DNA of 62,851 bases, counting the filler, from Chiloscyllium plagiosum (taxonomy: Eukaryota), in the NCBI RefSeq assembly GCF_004010195.1. It is 4 parts of 2 records of this genome, joined end to end, with 100 filler letters (N's around TTAATTAATTAA, not from the genome) between each part and the next. Parts side by side here need not be neighbours in the genome. Positions count along the whole stretch, not along the records: positions 35,443 to 55,582 come from NC_057713.1; positions 55,683 to 62,851 come from NC_057714.1; 2 more parts are not named here. One strand, 5' to 3'. Of this stretch, positions 47,875 to 59,775 are shown one piece after another. A model generated the notes under the pieces. That model saw only the letters and a list, made by a program, of their open reading frames with translations. It ran no database searches and had not been told where the DNA came from. The position numbers and the translations under genes are program-made. Each line of letters begins with the position of its first letter. The stretch's first letter is position 1.

Positions 47875-50620
47875 CTTTTGGATGTAAGCTTGCTCGCTGT
47901 GCTGGAAGGTTTGCTTTCAGATGTTTCTCACCACACTAGACAACATCATTAGTGAGCCTCCAGTGAAGCACTGATGCTAGTGACCTGCTTTCTATTTATG
48001 TTTTTAGGTTTCCTTGGATTGGTGATGTCATTTGCTGTGGTGATGTCATTTGCCATTCTTTTTCTCAGGGGGTAGTAAATGGGATCCAAGTCAATTTGTT
48101 GGTTGATAGAGTTCTAGTTTGGACACCATGCTTCTAGGAATTCTCACGTGTGTCTCTGTTTCGCTTGCCCTAGGATGGATGTGTTATCCCGGCCGAAGTG
48201 GTGTCATTCCCTATCCGTATGTAAGGATACTAGTGAGAGTGGATCATGTCTTTTTGTGGCTAGCTGATGTTTATGTATCCTGGTGGCTAGTTTTCTGCCT
48301 GTTTGTCCAATATGGTGTTTGTTAAAGTTCTTGCAAGCTATTTTGTAAATGACATGAGTTTTGCTTGTTGTCTGTATAGGGTCTTTCAAGTTCATTAGCT
48401 GTTGTTTTAGTGTATTGGGGGGTTTGTGAGCTACCATGATGCCAAGAGGTTTAAGTAGTCTGGCAGTCATTTCCAAGATGTCTTTGATGTAAGGGAGAGT
48501 GGCTAGGGTTTCTGGATGTGTTTTGTCTGCTTGTTTGGGCTTGTTGCTGAGAAATCAGTGGACTGTGTTCATTGCGCTGAGCGCATGTTGCTTGAAAAGC
48601 ACTGGTTAGGCAGCATCCGAGGAGCAGGAAAATTGATGTTTCAGGCAAAAGCTCTTCATCAGGAATCGTAGAAAAGTCGATTTTCCTGCTCCTCAGATGC
48701 TGCCTGACCTGCTGTGCTTTTCCAGCAACACACTCTCAACTCTGATCTCCAGCATCTGCAGTCCTCACTGTCTCCCTGTATTCATTGCATTCCCATTCTT
48801 TTTGAATACGCTGTACAGGTGATTTTCCTCAGCTCTTTGTGGTTCCTCTGTGCTGCAATGTGTGGTGGCTTGTTGAAATAATGTTCTAATGCAACTTCAT
48901 TTGTGGGTATTGGGATGATTGCTTCAGTAGTTCTGTATTTGGTCCGTGTGTGTTGTTTTCCTGTAGACACTGGTCTGAAGTTCCCCATTGGCTGTTCGCT
49001 GTACTGTGACATCTAGGAAAGGCAGTTTGTTGTTGTTTTCCTCTTCTTTAGTGATTTTTATGCCAGTAAGGATATTATTGATGGCCATGAAGGTTTCCTC
49101 TAATTTGTTCCGTTTAGTGATGACAAAGGTATCATCCACGTAGCAACCCAAAGTTTGGTTTAGATGGTTGGGAGAGCTGTTTATTCGAGTCTCTGCATTA
49201 CTGCCTCTGCTAAGACACCTGATATCAGAGATCCCATGCGTGTTCTGCTGGTTTGTCTGTAAGTTTTGTTATTGAAAGTGATGCGGGTGGTAAGGCATAG
49301 GTCCACTAGCTTGACAATGTTGTCCTTGCTGATGAAGTTGGTGGTGTTTGGTGTAAGTGTCTTTGGTTCTTCTAATAATGTAGTCAGTGCTTCTTTGGCC
49401 AGGTTGACATTGATGGATGTGAACAGGGCTGTTTCATCAAAGGAGACCATTATTTCATCCTCTTCTATCTTGGCGTCTTTGATGATGTTCAGGAATTCTT
49501 GGGTGGAGTAAATGGAGTGCTGCGAGTGTTCTACTAAGTGTTTTAGTCTTTGGTGTAGCTCCTTGGCTAATCTGTACATTGGTGTTCCAGGTAGTGACAC
49601 TATTTCTGAAGCTTTTTGAATAGGGCTGTGATTCAGTTCTCTAGTTATGGGGTCATGTCTATCGCCACCTGTTGGTAAGTGTTGGTTTCTGCCAGCAGTA
49701 TGTTTGCTTTCTCAATGTAGTCTGTTAAGTTTAAAATGACTGTCAAGCGTTCTTTGTCAGCCTTCTAGTGCTTTCCTTTCTTGTGTATTGAGTGTGTTTC
49801 CATCCTTTTTCCTGCTTAATGTTAGTGCAACTGTCTGTCTAATGGTTTGCTGGGTTTCTTCTGTGAGTTGGTTGTCTTTCAGTGTTGTTTCTAATGCTGC
49901 TAAGAAATCTTTCTTGTCCGCATCCTGGAAGTTGTGACTTAATGCTCTTACGAAGACGGCTTTTTCAGTGTCTATTAAGGGTCAGTCAGGTAAGTTTTTT
50001 GTATCCATGCTTCTGTGTTGTTTGTTTGAGAGTATCTGGTTTCTTCTGCAGGTCTAGTTTTTTCATTTTCTGTGTCTGTCACTGTCTAATGTCTATGGCT
50101 CGTTGTAATGTGTCTGTCCATTCATGGTCTATTGCATTTGTGAGTAAAGTTTTTTTGGCGCAAAATTTCTGGTTGTATTTACGGAGTCTGTTGTGGCACC
50201 ATTAATCATTTCTCTAAGCATTCTGTGGCCATTTTGCTCTGTTATTCTTTTGGCTAGTGGAGTGTTCAGAGGAGGTTAGTATTTAAAACATTTCGGCAGT
50301 ACCTGTTTCCTTAGGCGTTCATGCAGGAAGTACAGCTGTTCGTGGGTGGCGCTCTGTCGGATGGCATTGGCTTCCCATTTTTAGACCACTTTTAGCGTAA
50401 TGCGCCCACAGGTGTTAGCAAGTTTTGAGAAGATTTGTAGCTTAGGTTGAGGTTCTGGATGCAAGTTTGCTCGCTAAGCTGGAAGGTTCATTTTCACCAT
50501 ACTAGGTAACATCATCAGTGACCCTCCAGTGAAGCACTGATGTTAGTGACCCCGCTTTCTATTTATGTGTTTAGGTTTCCTTGGGTTGGTGATGTCATTT
50601 GCTGTTCTTTTTCTCAGACA
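47875..50620 (-). mobile_element. Near-complete decayed Penelope element (RT plus GIY-YIG) between direct pLTRs (about 47875-48070 and 50450-50620)
   Basis: Motifs YVDDTFV, MVSFDETALFTSI, MGSLISGVLAE, LPFLDV, VIYKIACKNFNKHHIGQTGRKLATRIHKH. Both terminal repeats carry a minus-strand hammerhead remnant. Confidence 0.92.
48576..48775. mobile_element. 200-bp fold-back PLE mini-insertion with hammerhead remnant (48631-48666, minus strand) and 13-bp TSD
   Basis: CTGTGTTCATTGC (48563-48575) / CTGTATTCATTGC (48776-48788). Arms at about 48586-48640 and 48674-48730 are inverted copies. Confidence 0.82.
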
Positions 50621-50819
50621 TTTTTGGTATTTGTTCATTAGCTTTTTATGATTCTGTATTTGGATCCTTACAGCTACATAGTCAGCCAGAGTTTTCAGTT
50701 TCTCAAACTTTAGAACCTGTTTGATCTACTTTTTGGGGGGTCTTAACTGGATTACCTTTCACCACCACACATTGATATCCATCTGTAAATGTTACCCAGT
50801 CTTTTCGTTATTAACAAAT

Positions 50820-51040
50820 AGAATGCTGGAAAAACTCAGGTGTAGCAGCATCTGTGGAGAGAGAAACAGAGTTAACATTTAGTCTGGTATGAACCTTCAG
50901 AACTTCAGAGATTCAATAATTGCATCAGTACTGAAGTCATACTGGACTTGAAGCATTAACTCTCTAAAGATGCTGCCAGCCTTGCCAAGTTTCTCCAGCA
51001 TTCTGTTTGTTTCAGATTTCTAGAACTGCAAAATTGTGCT
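50820..51040. repeat. Fold-back pair of PLE pLTR tails with degenerate hammerheads
   Basis: gaatgctggaaaaactc..gcagcatct..agagttaac..ttcagaac is mirrored by gtactgaa..attaactct..agatgctgcc..tttctccagcattc. Confidence 0.7.
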
Positions 51041-52219
51041 TTTATTCAATCTTAATTATCAAGGTCCCATTTACAACAAAACCTAATTTAATGTCATCAA
51101 ATGCATTATGGTACCAAGTTTGTCAAGTAACTTTTAAACAATGAAAATCTGAGGCTGTACTGATCACTTTGCCACTTGGAATATATTCCTGTCTACCTCC
51201 AGCTCAATTAATTCACTCCTATATCATTAGGTTGCCACCAATTCCTTAAACAATAAGGAACAGATCAGCGAGCAAACTTACAACCTTAAACAATAACAGC
51301 CAACTATTTCCTATGCATCAGGTATATTACAGACATTTGAGGATTTCCTCTCCAACCTCTTTACAACCCACTCTCTACTATTCCCACCTCCATTACCACA
51401 GCTTTGCTAGGCCTCTTTCAACTCTGTATGGTATTAATGTCAAGGGCAACTAATCCCATTCTCCTGCACCTGCATCCAACCCACACAGCCCATGCCTGTG
51501 GCAGTTGTTGCGTGCGTATATGAATCAACAGTAAGCTGATGTGGTTTGATGGCACTCAAGACTCCTTCCCTTAGAGTACTGATGACTGTTGGGAGGCAGA
51601 CCGGGTGAAGACTGACTGACCTAGATTGATTATTTTCTTTTTTGTTGCAGTTAGGATATATCGGATGCATCTTCCGTATTGTTAGGCTGATATTAATGTC
51701 TCATTTAGTTATCCTGAAAGAGCTTGGTATGGGAGCAGCTAACTCTGTTGCACAGGGGTTCAGAACTACAGTCGGGGTGTTATCAGGGCCTGTAGTCTTT
51801 GCTGCATTTAATACAATGCATATAGAGGATTTAGCTGAATGTGGTGATATCTAAATGTTAAGTACTTCATACTTAACAGGACAGCCGAACAAAAAGATTA
51901 GCTTACTCTGTTTAATTACACTTAATGAACAATTGTCATCAATACAAAAAATATATAATGTCTCCACGGGAATTTTAACTTCACAAAGCTCACCCCGAAT
52001 AATCTAGATAGTAATTTTTTGTTTTGCAACACTCATCTCGGGAAAAAAAGTGCCTACCAAGTATCTAAACAATAAATTTCAGAGAAACAATCAGAATATT
52101 TTTATTACTTATTACTATTTACTAGTTTTTGATGATACAACACCATCCAGGTGCCATCAGTAAGACACTGACTCAATGGTGTGTGCTGTAGAACACAGAA
52201 GATCTGAGTAAAATAAAGC

Positions 52220-52436
52220 AAAGAACTGTGGGTGCTGGAAACAAAAAACAAATGGAAAAATTCAGCACGTCTCGCAGCATTTGTGGAGAGAAAGCAGAGT
52301 TTGCGTTTCACATCCTGCAACCCTTTCCAGACTGATTTTGAACAGAGATCTTTGGACTCAAAACATTCACTCTGATTTCTCTCTACAGATGATACCAGAC
52401 TTGCAGAGTTTCTCCAATAATTTCCGGTTTTGTTTG
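52220..52436. repeat. Fold-back pair of PLE pLTR tails
   Basis: Same family and inverted layout as 50820-51040. Confidence 0.65.
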
Positions 52437-53649
52437 TTATGAAAGATTTCAGATTCTGTCTAAAGGAAGAATAATGTTGTTAAAAAAGCATAATACTACT
52501 TTAACATTCAGCTGTAAGAAGATTTTCCATATTTTCTATCAGAGAAAGAACCAATTGTGTTACACTCAAAATGCCAATCAATATCTTCCATTTAGAATGG
52601 AGGCAAGATAATTATAAAAGAACACAAGGGACCATTAAACATTGTCCACAAGTTGTAGTACTGATATTTTTCTGCAGTTAAGCCAACACAAACTAACCAG
52701 ATAAACACTGGCACATTCTGAATTTATAATTTATAAAGGGTATCTGAATGCACTTCAATAATGTAAAGTCTACGGTAAGTATTTGTAATGTGCCCTTTTT
52801 TTGTAGTAACTTAAAATATGGGTTGATCTAATTCTCCACATTGGTTAATTTGCTGAGACCCCACTCAGTGTTCTCAGATTGAGTTTAGAAGCTATGGTCA
52901 CACTACTACCATTTGCAGTTAAACTTCATTACTCCAAGACAAAAGATAGCATCTAACTCTTTATCAAAGTTGGAGATAGTTTATCAATTAAATAAGCTTT
53001 CCTTAGTTTTGTTGCAACGCAAGAGTCTTCCAACTGACAATGACCTTTCCACATTCACTNNNNNNNNNNNNNNNNNNNNNNNNNNNNNNNNNNNNNNNNN
53101 NNNNNNNNNNNNNNNNNNNNNNNNNNNNNNNNNNNNNNNNNNNNNNNNNNNNNNNNNNNNNNNNNNNNNNNNNNNNNNNNNNNNNNNNNNNNNNNNNNNN
53201 NNNNNNNNNNNNNNNNNNNNNNNNNNNNNNNNNNNNNNNNNNNNNNNNNNNNNNNNNNNNNNNNNNNNNNNNNNNNNNNNNNNNNNNNNNNNNNNNNNNN
53301 NNNNNNNNNNNNNNNNNNNNNNNNNNNNNNNNNNNNNNNNNNNNNNNNNNNNNNNNNNNNNNNNNNNNNNNNNNNNNNNNNNNNNNNNNNNNNNNNNNNN
53401 NNNNNNNNNNNNNNNNNNNNNNNNNNNNNNNNNNNNNNNNNNNNNNNNNNNNNNNNNNNNNNNNNNNNNNNNNNNNNNNNNNNNNNNNNNNNNNNNNNNN
53501 NNNNNNNNNNNNNNNNNNNNNNNNNNNNNNNNNNNNNNNNNNNNNNNNNNNNNNNNNNNTGCAATGTTTTTCAACTGCTTTAGCGATGCCCTGGGATGAC
53601 ATCCAGCCTGGCGGTGTCCACTGTAATAAACTGTATTTATATAGAACAA

Positions 53650-53776
53650 AATGAGGAGCAGTCGTATTGGACTCGAAACGTGAACTATTTCCCTTGCCAA
53701 AGATGTTGCCAGATCTGTAGTTTCTTCAGCACTTTCAGTTTTTGGTTCAGATTTTCAGCATCCATACAGTTCTTTT
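53650..53776 (+). mobile_element. PLE pLTR tail with degenerate hammerhead
   Basis: tgagga-gcagtc gtattg gactc-GAAAC-gtg..agatgttgccagatctg.. Confidence 0.6.
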
Positions 53777-54267
53777 GTGTTACTTTAGATAACTGCATTA
53801 TCAGTTTAGGCAAAAAAGGAGACATTTTCCACCAAATTTCAAGAGGTGTTCCACAGTTTCTCATCTATTAAGCTATGAGCTAAATGAGAATGTGACCACA
53901 TGCACCTGGTACAAAGAAGTTATGGATGTAAAGGTGTTGGAGTATGTGGAGGATGAAACAGGAACTCGCTTCACACGTCTTTCCGTAACCTACCAATATT
54001 TGTTGACCAAACCAGGGCACAAATTGAAAAGCAACCAACAACACTGTGCCACAATTTATGGTCAAGAGGATCAGACAAAATTGGTCTCCTTTGTAATTTG
54101 GTGAATTAGGAGCATTTGTTGTGCAGCAGGAAGTTGAATTTTGTTATCAAGGATGCTTCCACTGAAACCGGGGAATGTTTGGGTGGGGTACTCAGACATG
54201 GATATTTAATGGGGATGGGAAACTGCACACAATTTCATGGACAAGGGGAGCTTTTTTTCCTGTATCC

Positions 54268-54483
54268 TGTTAGCTCTGTTATCTCGCGCATTTCTTCAAC
54301 GCGAATTGACAATAAAGCGATTGAAAATTTTAGACCATTATTTGTGGAAAGCGAACTTCCTTACCTAGATTGGCTATAACACGATCCCGGTCACGTGGGT
54401 TAAAATGTGCTGCTTTAACGCGATTTTCTTGGAACGCGGAATCGCACAACAAGTGAACTATCCCTTATCTCAGAACCGACTGT
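54268..54483. mobile_element. Tc1/pogo-like MITE (second copy)
   Basis: Ends ..cagaaccgactg; the interior aligns with 14008-14170 plus 14776-14828. Confidence 0.55.
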
Positions 54484-54884
54484 CATTTCGTATAGCAAGA
54501 TAAGATTGATATAATTGATCCGAATGAAATGGAAACTTCTAGAAAGCCTCTAAACAAAGAAATCATCAGTTTTTTTAATATAAAAAGAGTTCTAAAAGAG
54601 ACATTAATGGAAATGTGTAAGTCACTGAACATTAATTAGCTGCTAGTAGTATGCTATACTACACCTAAAGCGGCAGAATCTACAAATTATTCCTTTTTTC
54701 TTGATTCTATTAAGATAATCCTAAATTAGAATGAATTTGCATATAGTGCTGCATAGTTCTTAAAAATACATCATAAAATACAGAAGGATTTAACTCTTAA
54801 TGTGGTATGCAGTGTGAATTAACTTGCTTATCTTCCCACAATTTTGTTACCTATGAATCTAAAATTTTCTTGAAGGGTAGAGAA

Positions 54885-55112
54885 TAGAAACAGGAAGGCT
54901 GATTGCCCTTATTTCAAGCGGTTTGGAGAATAAGAGTTGTGTGGTCTTACTGTAACTGTACAAGATACTGGTGAGATCACATCTGAAATATGTGAGCAGT
55001 TTGATTCCCTTATTTAAGAAAATATATCATTTCATTGGAGACAGTTCAGTGAAGGTTCTCTAGGATGAGCCCTGGTATGGAGGGACTCTCTTTTGAATAA
55101 AGATTAAACAGT
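54885..55112 (+). mobile_element. Old CR1 RT C-terminal fragment
   Basis: LYKILVRSHLKY-like translation. Confidence 0.6.
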
Positions 55113-55361
55113 TTAAAAATTACAACATAATGCTGACCACTGTTTTAAAAAAAAGTCAAGGTAATAAATCACATTTTAAAGTAATGTAGTAATCTTTGAT
55201 ATTACATACAATTAACAGTAACTAGAAACCTTTTACCATTTATTGTGCACTGTTGAATGTTAATATTATTAACATTTCATCAGAATTCCGATCAATAAAA
55301 CAGATATACAGTAAATTGAACAAATTTGTTTACTATCATGTGTGCCTAGTAAAGACATGTT

Positions 55362-55582
55362 TTATGCTGTGGTTCTGTTCGTCGAGCTGGAAGTTTTTGT
55401 TGCAAACGTTTCGTCCCCTGTCTAGGTGACATCCTCAGTGCTTGGGAGCCTCCTGTGAAGCGCTTCTGTGGTGTTTCCTCCGGCATTTATAGTGGCCTGT
55501 CCCTGCCGCTTCCGGTTGTCAGTTTCAGCTGTCCGCTGTAGTGGCCGGTATACAGCGGGCAGCTGAAACTGACAACCGGAAG
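55362..55582 (-). mobile_element. Penelope pLTR with intact hammerhead and terminal hairpin
   Basis: Related to the 47875/50450 pLTRs; CpG-rich (young); runs into the spacer. Confidence 0.8.
55402..55441 (-). ncRNA. Minimal type I hammerhead ribozyme motif
   Basis: GCA-CUGAGGA-U-GUCACCU agac AGGGGAC-GAAA-CG-UU^-UGC. Stem I GCA/UGC, 6 of 7 bp in stem II, palindromic ACGU stem III. Confidence 0.8.
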
Positions 55583-55682
55583 NNNNNNNNNNNNNNNNNN
55601 NNNNNNNNNNNNNNNNNNNNNNNNNNTTAATTAATTAANNNNNNNNNNNNNNNNNNNNNNNNNNNNNNNNNNNNNNNNNNNN

Positions 55683-58600
55683 CCACACTAAAGCTATCCG
55701 AATCTAATCCATTGGTAACCACAACTGCTTTGGGATCACTATACAATGTTGAGACCCATTTGGTAAACACCTTTCCAATGCCAAACCTTTCCAATGTGTA
55801 AAACAAATATGACCATTCAACCCTATCGAATGCCTTTTCCGTGTCTAATGAAACTACTACTCCTGGTATCTTTCCCTGTTGACAGGCTTGAATCATATTC
55901 AAAACCCTTCTAATATTATTGGATGATCTATGGACCTTAATAAACCCCGTCTGATCCTCCATTATGATATGTGGCAATATCCTTTCTAGTCTCAATGCTA
56001 ACGTTTTAGAAAGGATTTTAAAATCTACATTTAGCAAGGATATTGGTCTGTATGATGCACAATCTTCTGGATGCTTTCCTTTTTTTAAGGATAAGAGAGA
56101 TATTTGCCTCTTTCAGCGAAGGCGGGAGACAGCCCTGACTATATGCATAGTTATACATTTCCAAAAGTGGACCAGTCAATATTTCTGTAAATTCTTTATA
56201 GAATTCAGCTTGAAAACCATCTGGGCCCGGTGCCTTACCGCTCTGAAGTTGCCTGATTGCATCAAGTATTTCTTGGACTGTTAGGGGAGCATTTAGGACC
56301 GATACCTGTTCCGGAGTTAGGCCCGGAAAGTCAAATTTTTTAAAAATGATTGCATCCTCCTAGTCCTATCTTCACAATCCTGCAATTTATATAAATCAGA
56401 ATAAAATTTTCTAAAGATTGCATTAATCCTTTTTATGATCATGAGTCAAAATACCCATACTTTCCTTGATAGACGTGATAGTTTGAGGGGCTTTTTTTTT
56501 CTTTGCAAGAAATGCTAAGAATCTACCTGGTTTATCGCCAAATTCATATAACCTTTGTTTTGCGAATAATATTTCCCTCTTAGCCCTTTGGGTAAGCGTA
56601 GTGTTTAGAGCTGTCCTAAGGGCCGTAATCCTTTGCAATTTGATGATAGAAGCTCTATCAGCGTATGCTGTTTCAGCTGCTTTTAAGCGAGCTTCAAGCG
56701 GACGCTGTTGTTCTCCCTTTATTTTTTTCTGGGTCGCTGAGTAGGAGATGATCAAACCTCGCGTGTAAGCTTTGATGGTCTCCCACATCATTGATGGGTT
56801 GCTAGCCGTACCTAAATTAATTTCTAAAAAAGTTTTATATTCTTGAGAGAAGTACTTTGCAAATTTACTATCTTTCATTAGGAAGGGGTCCATACGCCAA
56901 TGCCGAGGGGATGTCCCGTTGTTCCTAGCCTTGATTTCCATAAATACAGCAGCGTGGTCGGAAATTGCTATACTACCTATTTTACAGGATGATATGGAAT
57001 TTTAAAAAATCGAGGGGGCGAAAAACATATCAATTCTGGTATGACATTTATGTGGATTGGAGTAAAAAGAAAAATCTCTGCCCTGTGGATGAAGACATCT
57101 CCATACATCTACTAATCCTAATTCTTTGTTCAGATCCACCAATTGTCCAGATCTAGGAGATGCTTTTGGGAATCCTATCTATTTCTGGATCCATAATACA
57201 ATTAGTCTCCCCCTATAATTGTATGACGGGCACCAAGAGCCATCAATTTTGAGAAGGCTTCCGTTATAAATTTAAAGGGGTGTGCCGGGGGGCAGTACAA
57301 ATTTAAAATCCCATATTCCTCTCCATTTATAAGGGCTTTAATCAGAATATATCGTCCAGATTCGTCTTTTATCTGATTTAGGATTTTGAAAGGGAAATTC
57401 TTCCGAATAAGAATAACAACTCCCCTGCTTTTTGAGCTAAAAGAAGAAAAAAAGGCCTGATCAAATCCACCCTGTCGTAATTTCAAGTGTTCTTTATCCA
57501 ACAGGTGTGTCTCCTGTAGGAGAGCATTATCAACTCTTTCTTTATTGAGATTTGATAATATTTTCTTCCTTTTGACTGGCGAATTACTCCCCTTGACATT
57601 CCAGGTGCAGCACTTAACTGACTGATCAACCATAATCGTCCGGGCAAGTCTGAGACCCCTCGGGAGGGGAAACCCTATCCAGAACATCCCGAGCATAGAG
57701 CATATAAAATTCACAAAAATAAAGGCTCTCTAATACACTCAGTATTATACTGAGTATAATAACAGTATATTAAAAAAACTATTTCTAAATAATAAAAAAA
57801 AGTATTTAAATGAGATTTTCCCCCTTGTTCCCAGGGGGTGTCACTTCCTTTCCAAAGGTCCATCGTATCCTCTTCCAACCAATGCCCCACCCTTGACCCA
57901 GGTGCTCCTCAATAGGATGAGGAGAATTCAGATATAATACAAACTAGAGTTAACAGTGAGCACCAACACCTGGATATATTTGGTAATGTTAATACCATGT
58001 ATAAACATATATAACTATAAAATTACAACACACACATACATACATAGAATAATAAAAAAACCCCAAGGGGGGGAGAAAGTTGTTACATAGAGAACAAATA
58101 AATAAATCCCTCTCCCCACCCCCCCAAGATAATATTAAACAGTAAGGAGTACTGAATATTTAAGTCCCTTAAATACTTCTTTGCCTCATCGAATGCCTTC
58201 CTTTTTTGGACCAGACCTGGGGAAAAGTCCTGAAATAACATGATCTTGGATCCTTTATAGATCATGGCTTGGGAATCTTTTCCAAGATTTCTAGAGGCTT
58301 CTAGGAGTATCTGCCTCTTCTTATAGCTCTGCAGCCGGAACAGGACCGGGCGGGGGCGCTGGTTCGAGCCGGGCCCACGTATTGCGACCCGGTAGGCCCA
58401 TTCCACCCTTACCTGGCCTGATCCAGCCTCCAGATTTAAAAGCTGTGGCAGCCACTGCTCGAGGAACGCTGTAAGCTGGCCTCCTTCTTCCCGTTCCAGA
58501 AGGCCCAGCAAACGAATATTTTTTCAATGACCTCAATTATCGAGGTCGTCAATGTGATTCTCTAAGGTCTGGACTCGATCCACTGCCCATTGTGCTGTAG

Positions 58601-59054
58601 TTTCGGAGGCCGTGGCCTTTAGCTCCGCCCCTCCGACTCGGCGCTCGATTTCTTTAATGTCTCGGTCATGCTTTTGTAGCGCGGCCGAGAGTGAGTCCCA
58701 TCGGCTTCGGAATTCTTCAATAAAAGCGTCGATCTTCGCATCCAGTTTAGAGATGATTTCCACGAGGCTCACCACCGTAGGTAAATCCCCTGGGGCGGCT
58801 GCAGACGCCTCTGCTGCAGCTGGAGAGGGTGAGGGAGGGGTCCCTGCTTGCTGAGAGCTGCGGCTCCCTTCTCTTTGGTCATTTTTACTAAAGATTAGAT
58901 TGTTTAAATTTAATACTAAGCAACTAATTAAATTAAACAGCAATTTTAAATGATTTGGTGAGTGTGGTGGGGGTGGGTGGCCCACTTTGCCCAAGTCTTG
59001 GGCGGAACACGAGAGACTCAGACTTGCTGGGTCGCTGCCATCTTGGATCCCCCC
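55683..59054 (-). mobile_element. L1-clade LINE, 5'-complete: 5'UTR, ORF1 (about 58882-58140), AT-rich spacer, ORF2 (from 57633; APE plus RT), 3' part lost at the spacer
   Basis: Starts ggggggatccaagatggc. ORF1 has coiled-coil/RRM-like text (..RPRPVLFRL..IMLFQDFS). ORF2 motifs TWNVKG, LQETH, IIGGD, SDHAAV, LLNVDFKILSK, SLDTEKAFDRVEW. Stops and frameshifts are present. Confidence 0.92.
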
Positions 59055-59775
59055 ATCCAGATGCCTTTTAAATGTTGCAGTTATACTATCCTCCACCACT
59101 TTGGCATCTCATTCCACACACGCACCACCCTCTGCGTGAAAAGGTTGCCCCTTAGGCCCCTTTTAAATTTTTCCCCACTCAACCTAAACCTATACCCTCT
59201 CATTCTGGACTTCCTAGGCCAGGGAAAAGACCTTGTCTGATTACCCTATCCATGCCCTTCATGATTTTATAAATCTCTAGAAAGTCACCCCTCAACCTTT
59301 GATGCTCCAGGGAAAACAGCCCCAGCTCTCCCTTTCCCCTTCATCTATTTATAAAATCCCTTTGGATTCTCCATAACCCTATTTGCCAAAGCTATCTCAT
59401 GTCCCTTTTTTCCCTTCTGATTTCCCTCTTAAGTGTACTCCTATTGCCTTTATAATCTTCTAAGGATTCACTTGATGTCTGCTGTCTATACCTGACATAT
59501 GCTTCCTTTTTTTTAACCAAAACTTCAATTTTTCTAATCTTCCAGCATTCCCTACACCTACCAGTCTTGCCTTTCACCCTAACAGGCATTTTCTGTCGCT
59601 GGGCTCTCATCATCTCATTTGTGCAGGCTTCCCATTTTCCAACTGTCCCTTTACTTGCGAACCTCTGCCCCCAATCAACTTTTGAAAGTTTTTGCCTAAT
59701 ATTGTCAAAATTGGCCTTCCTCCAAGTTAGAGCTTCAGATGTTAGATCCAGTCGATCCTTTTCCATCACTATTTT
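59055..59775 (-). mobile_element. CR1 LINE with internal deletion; host of the L1 insertion
   Basis: 3' region (59055-59328) joined to the EN-RT linker region (59330-59775). Confidence 0.85.

Noticed and set aside
52913..53700. Long ORFs spanning N runs (also 19058-19966)
   Set aside because: Artefacts of unknown bases.
53892..54104. 70-aa protein-like ORF
   Set aside because: No recognisable domain or convincing splice context; cannot be supported without a search.
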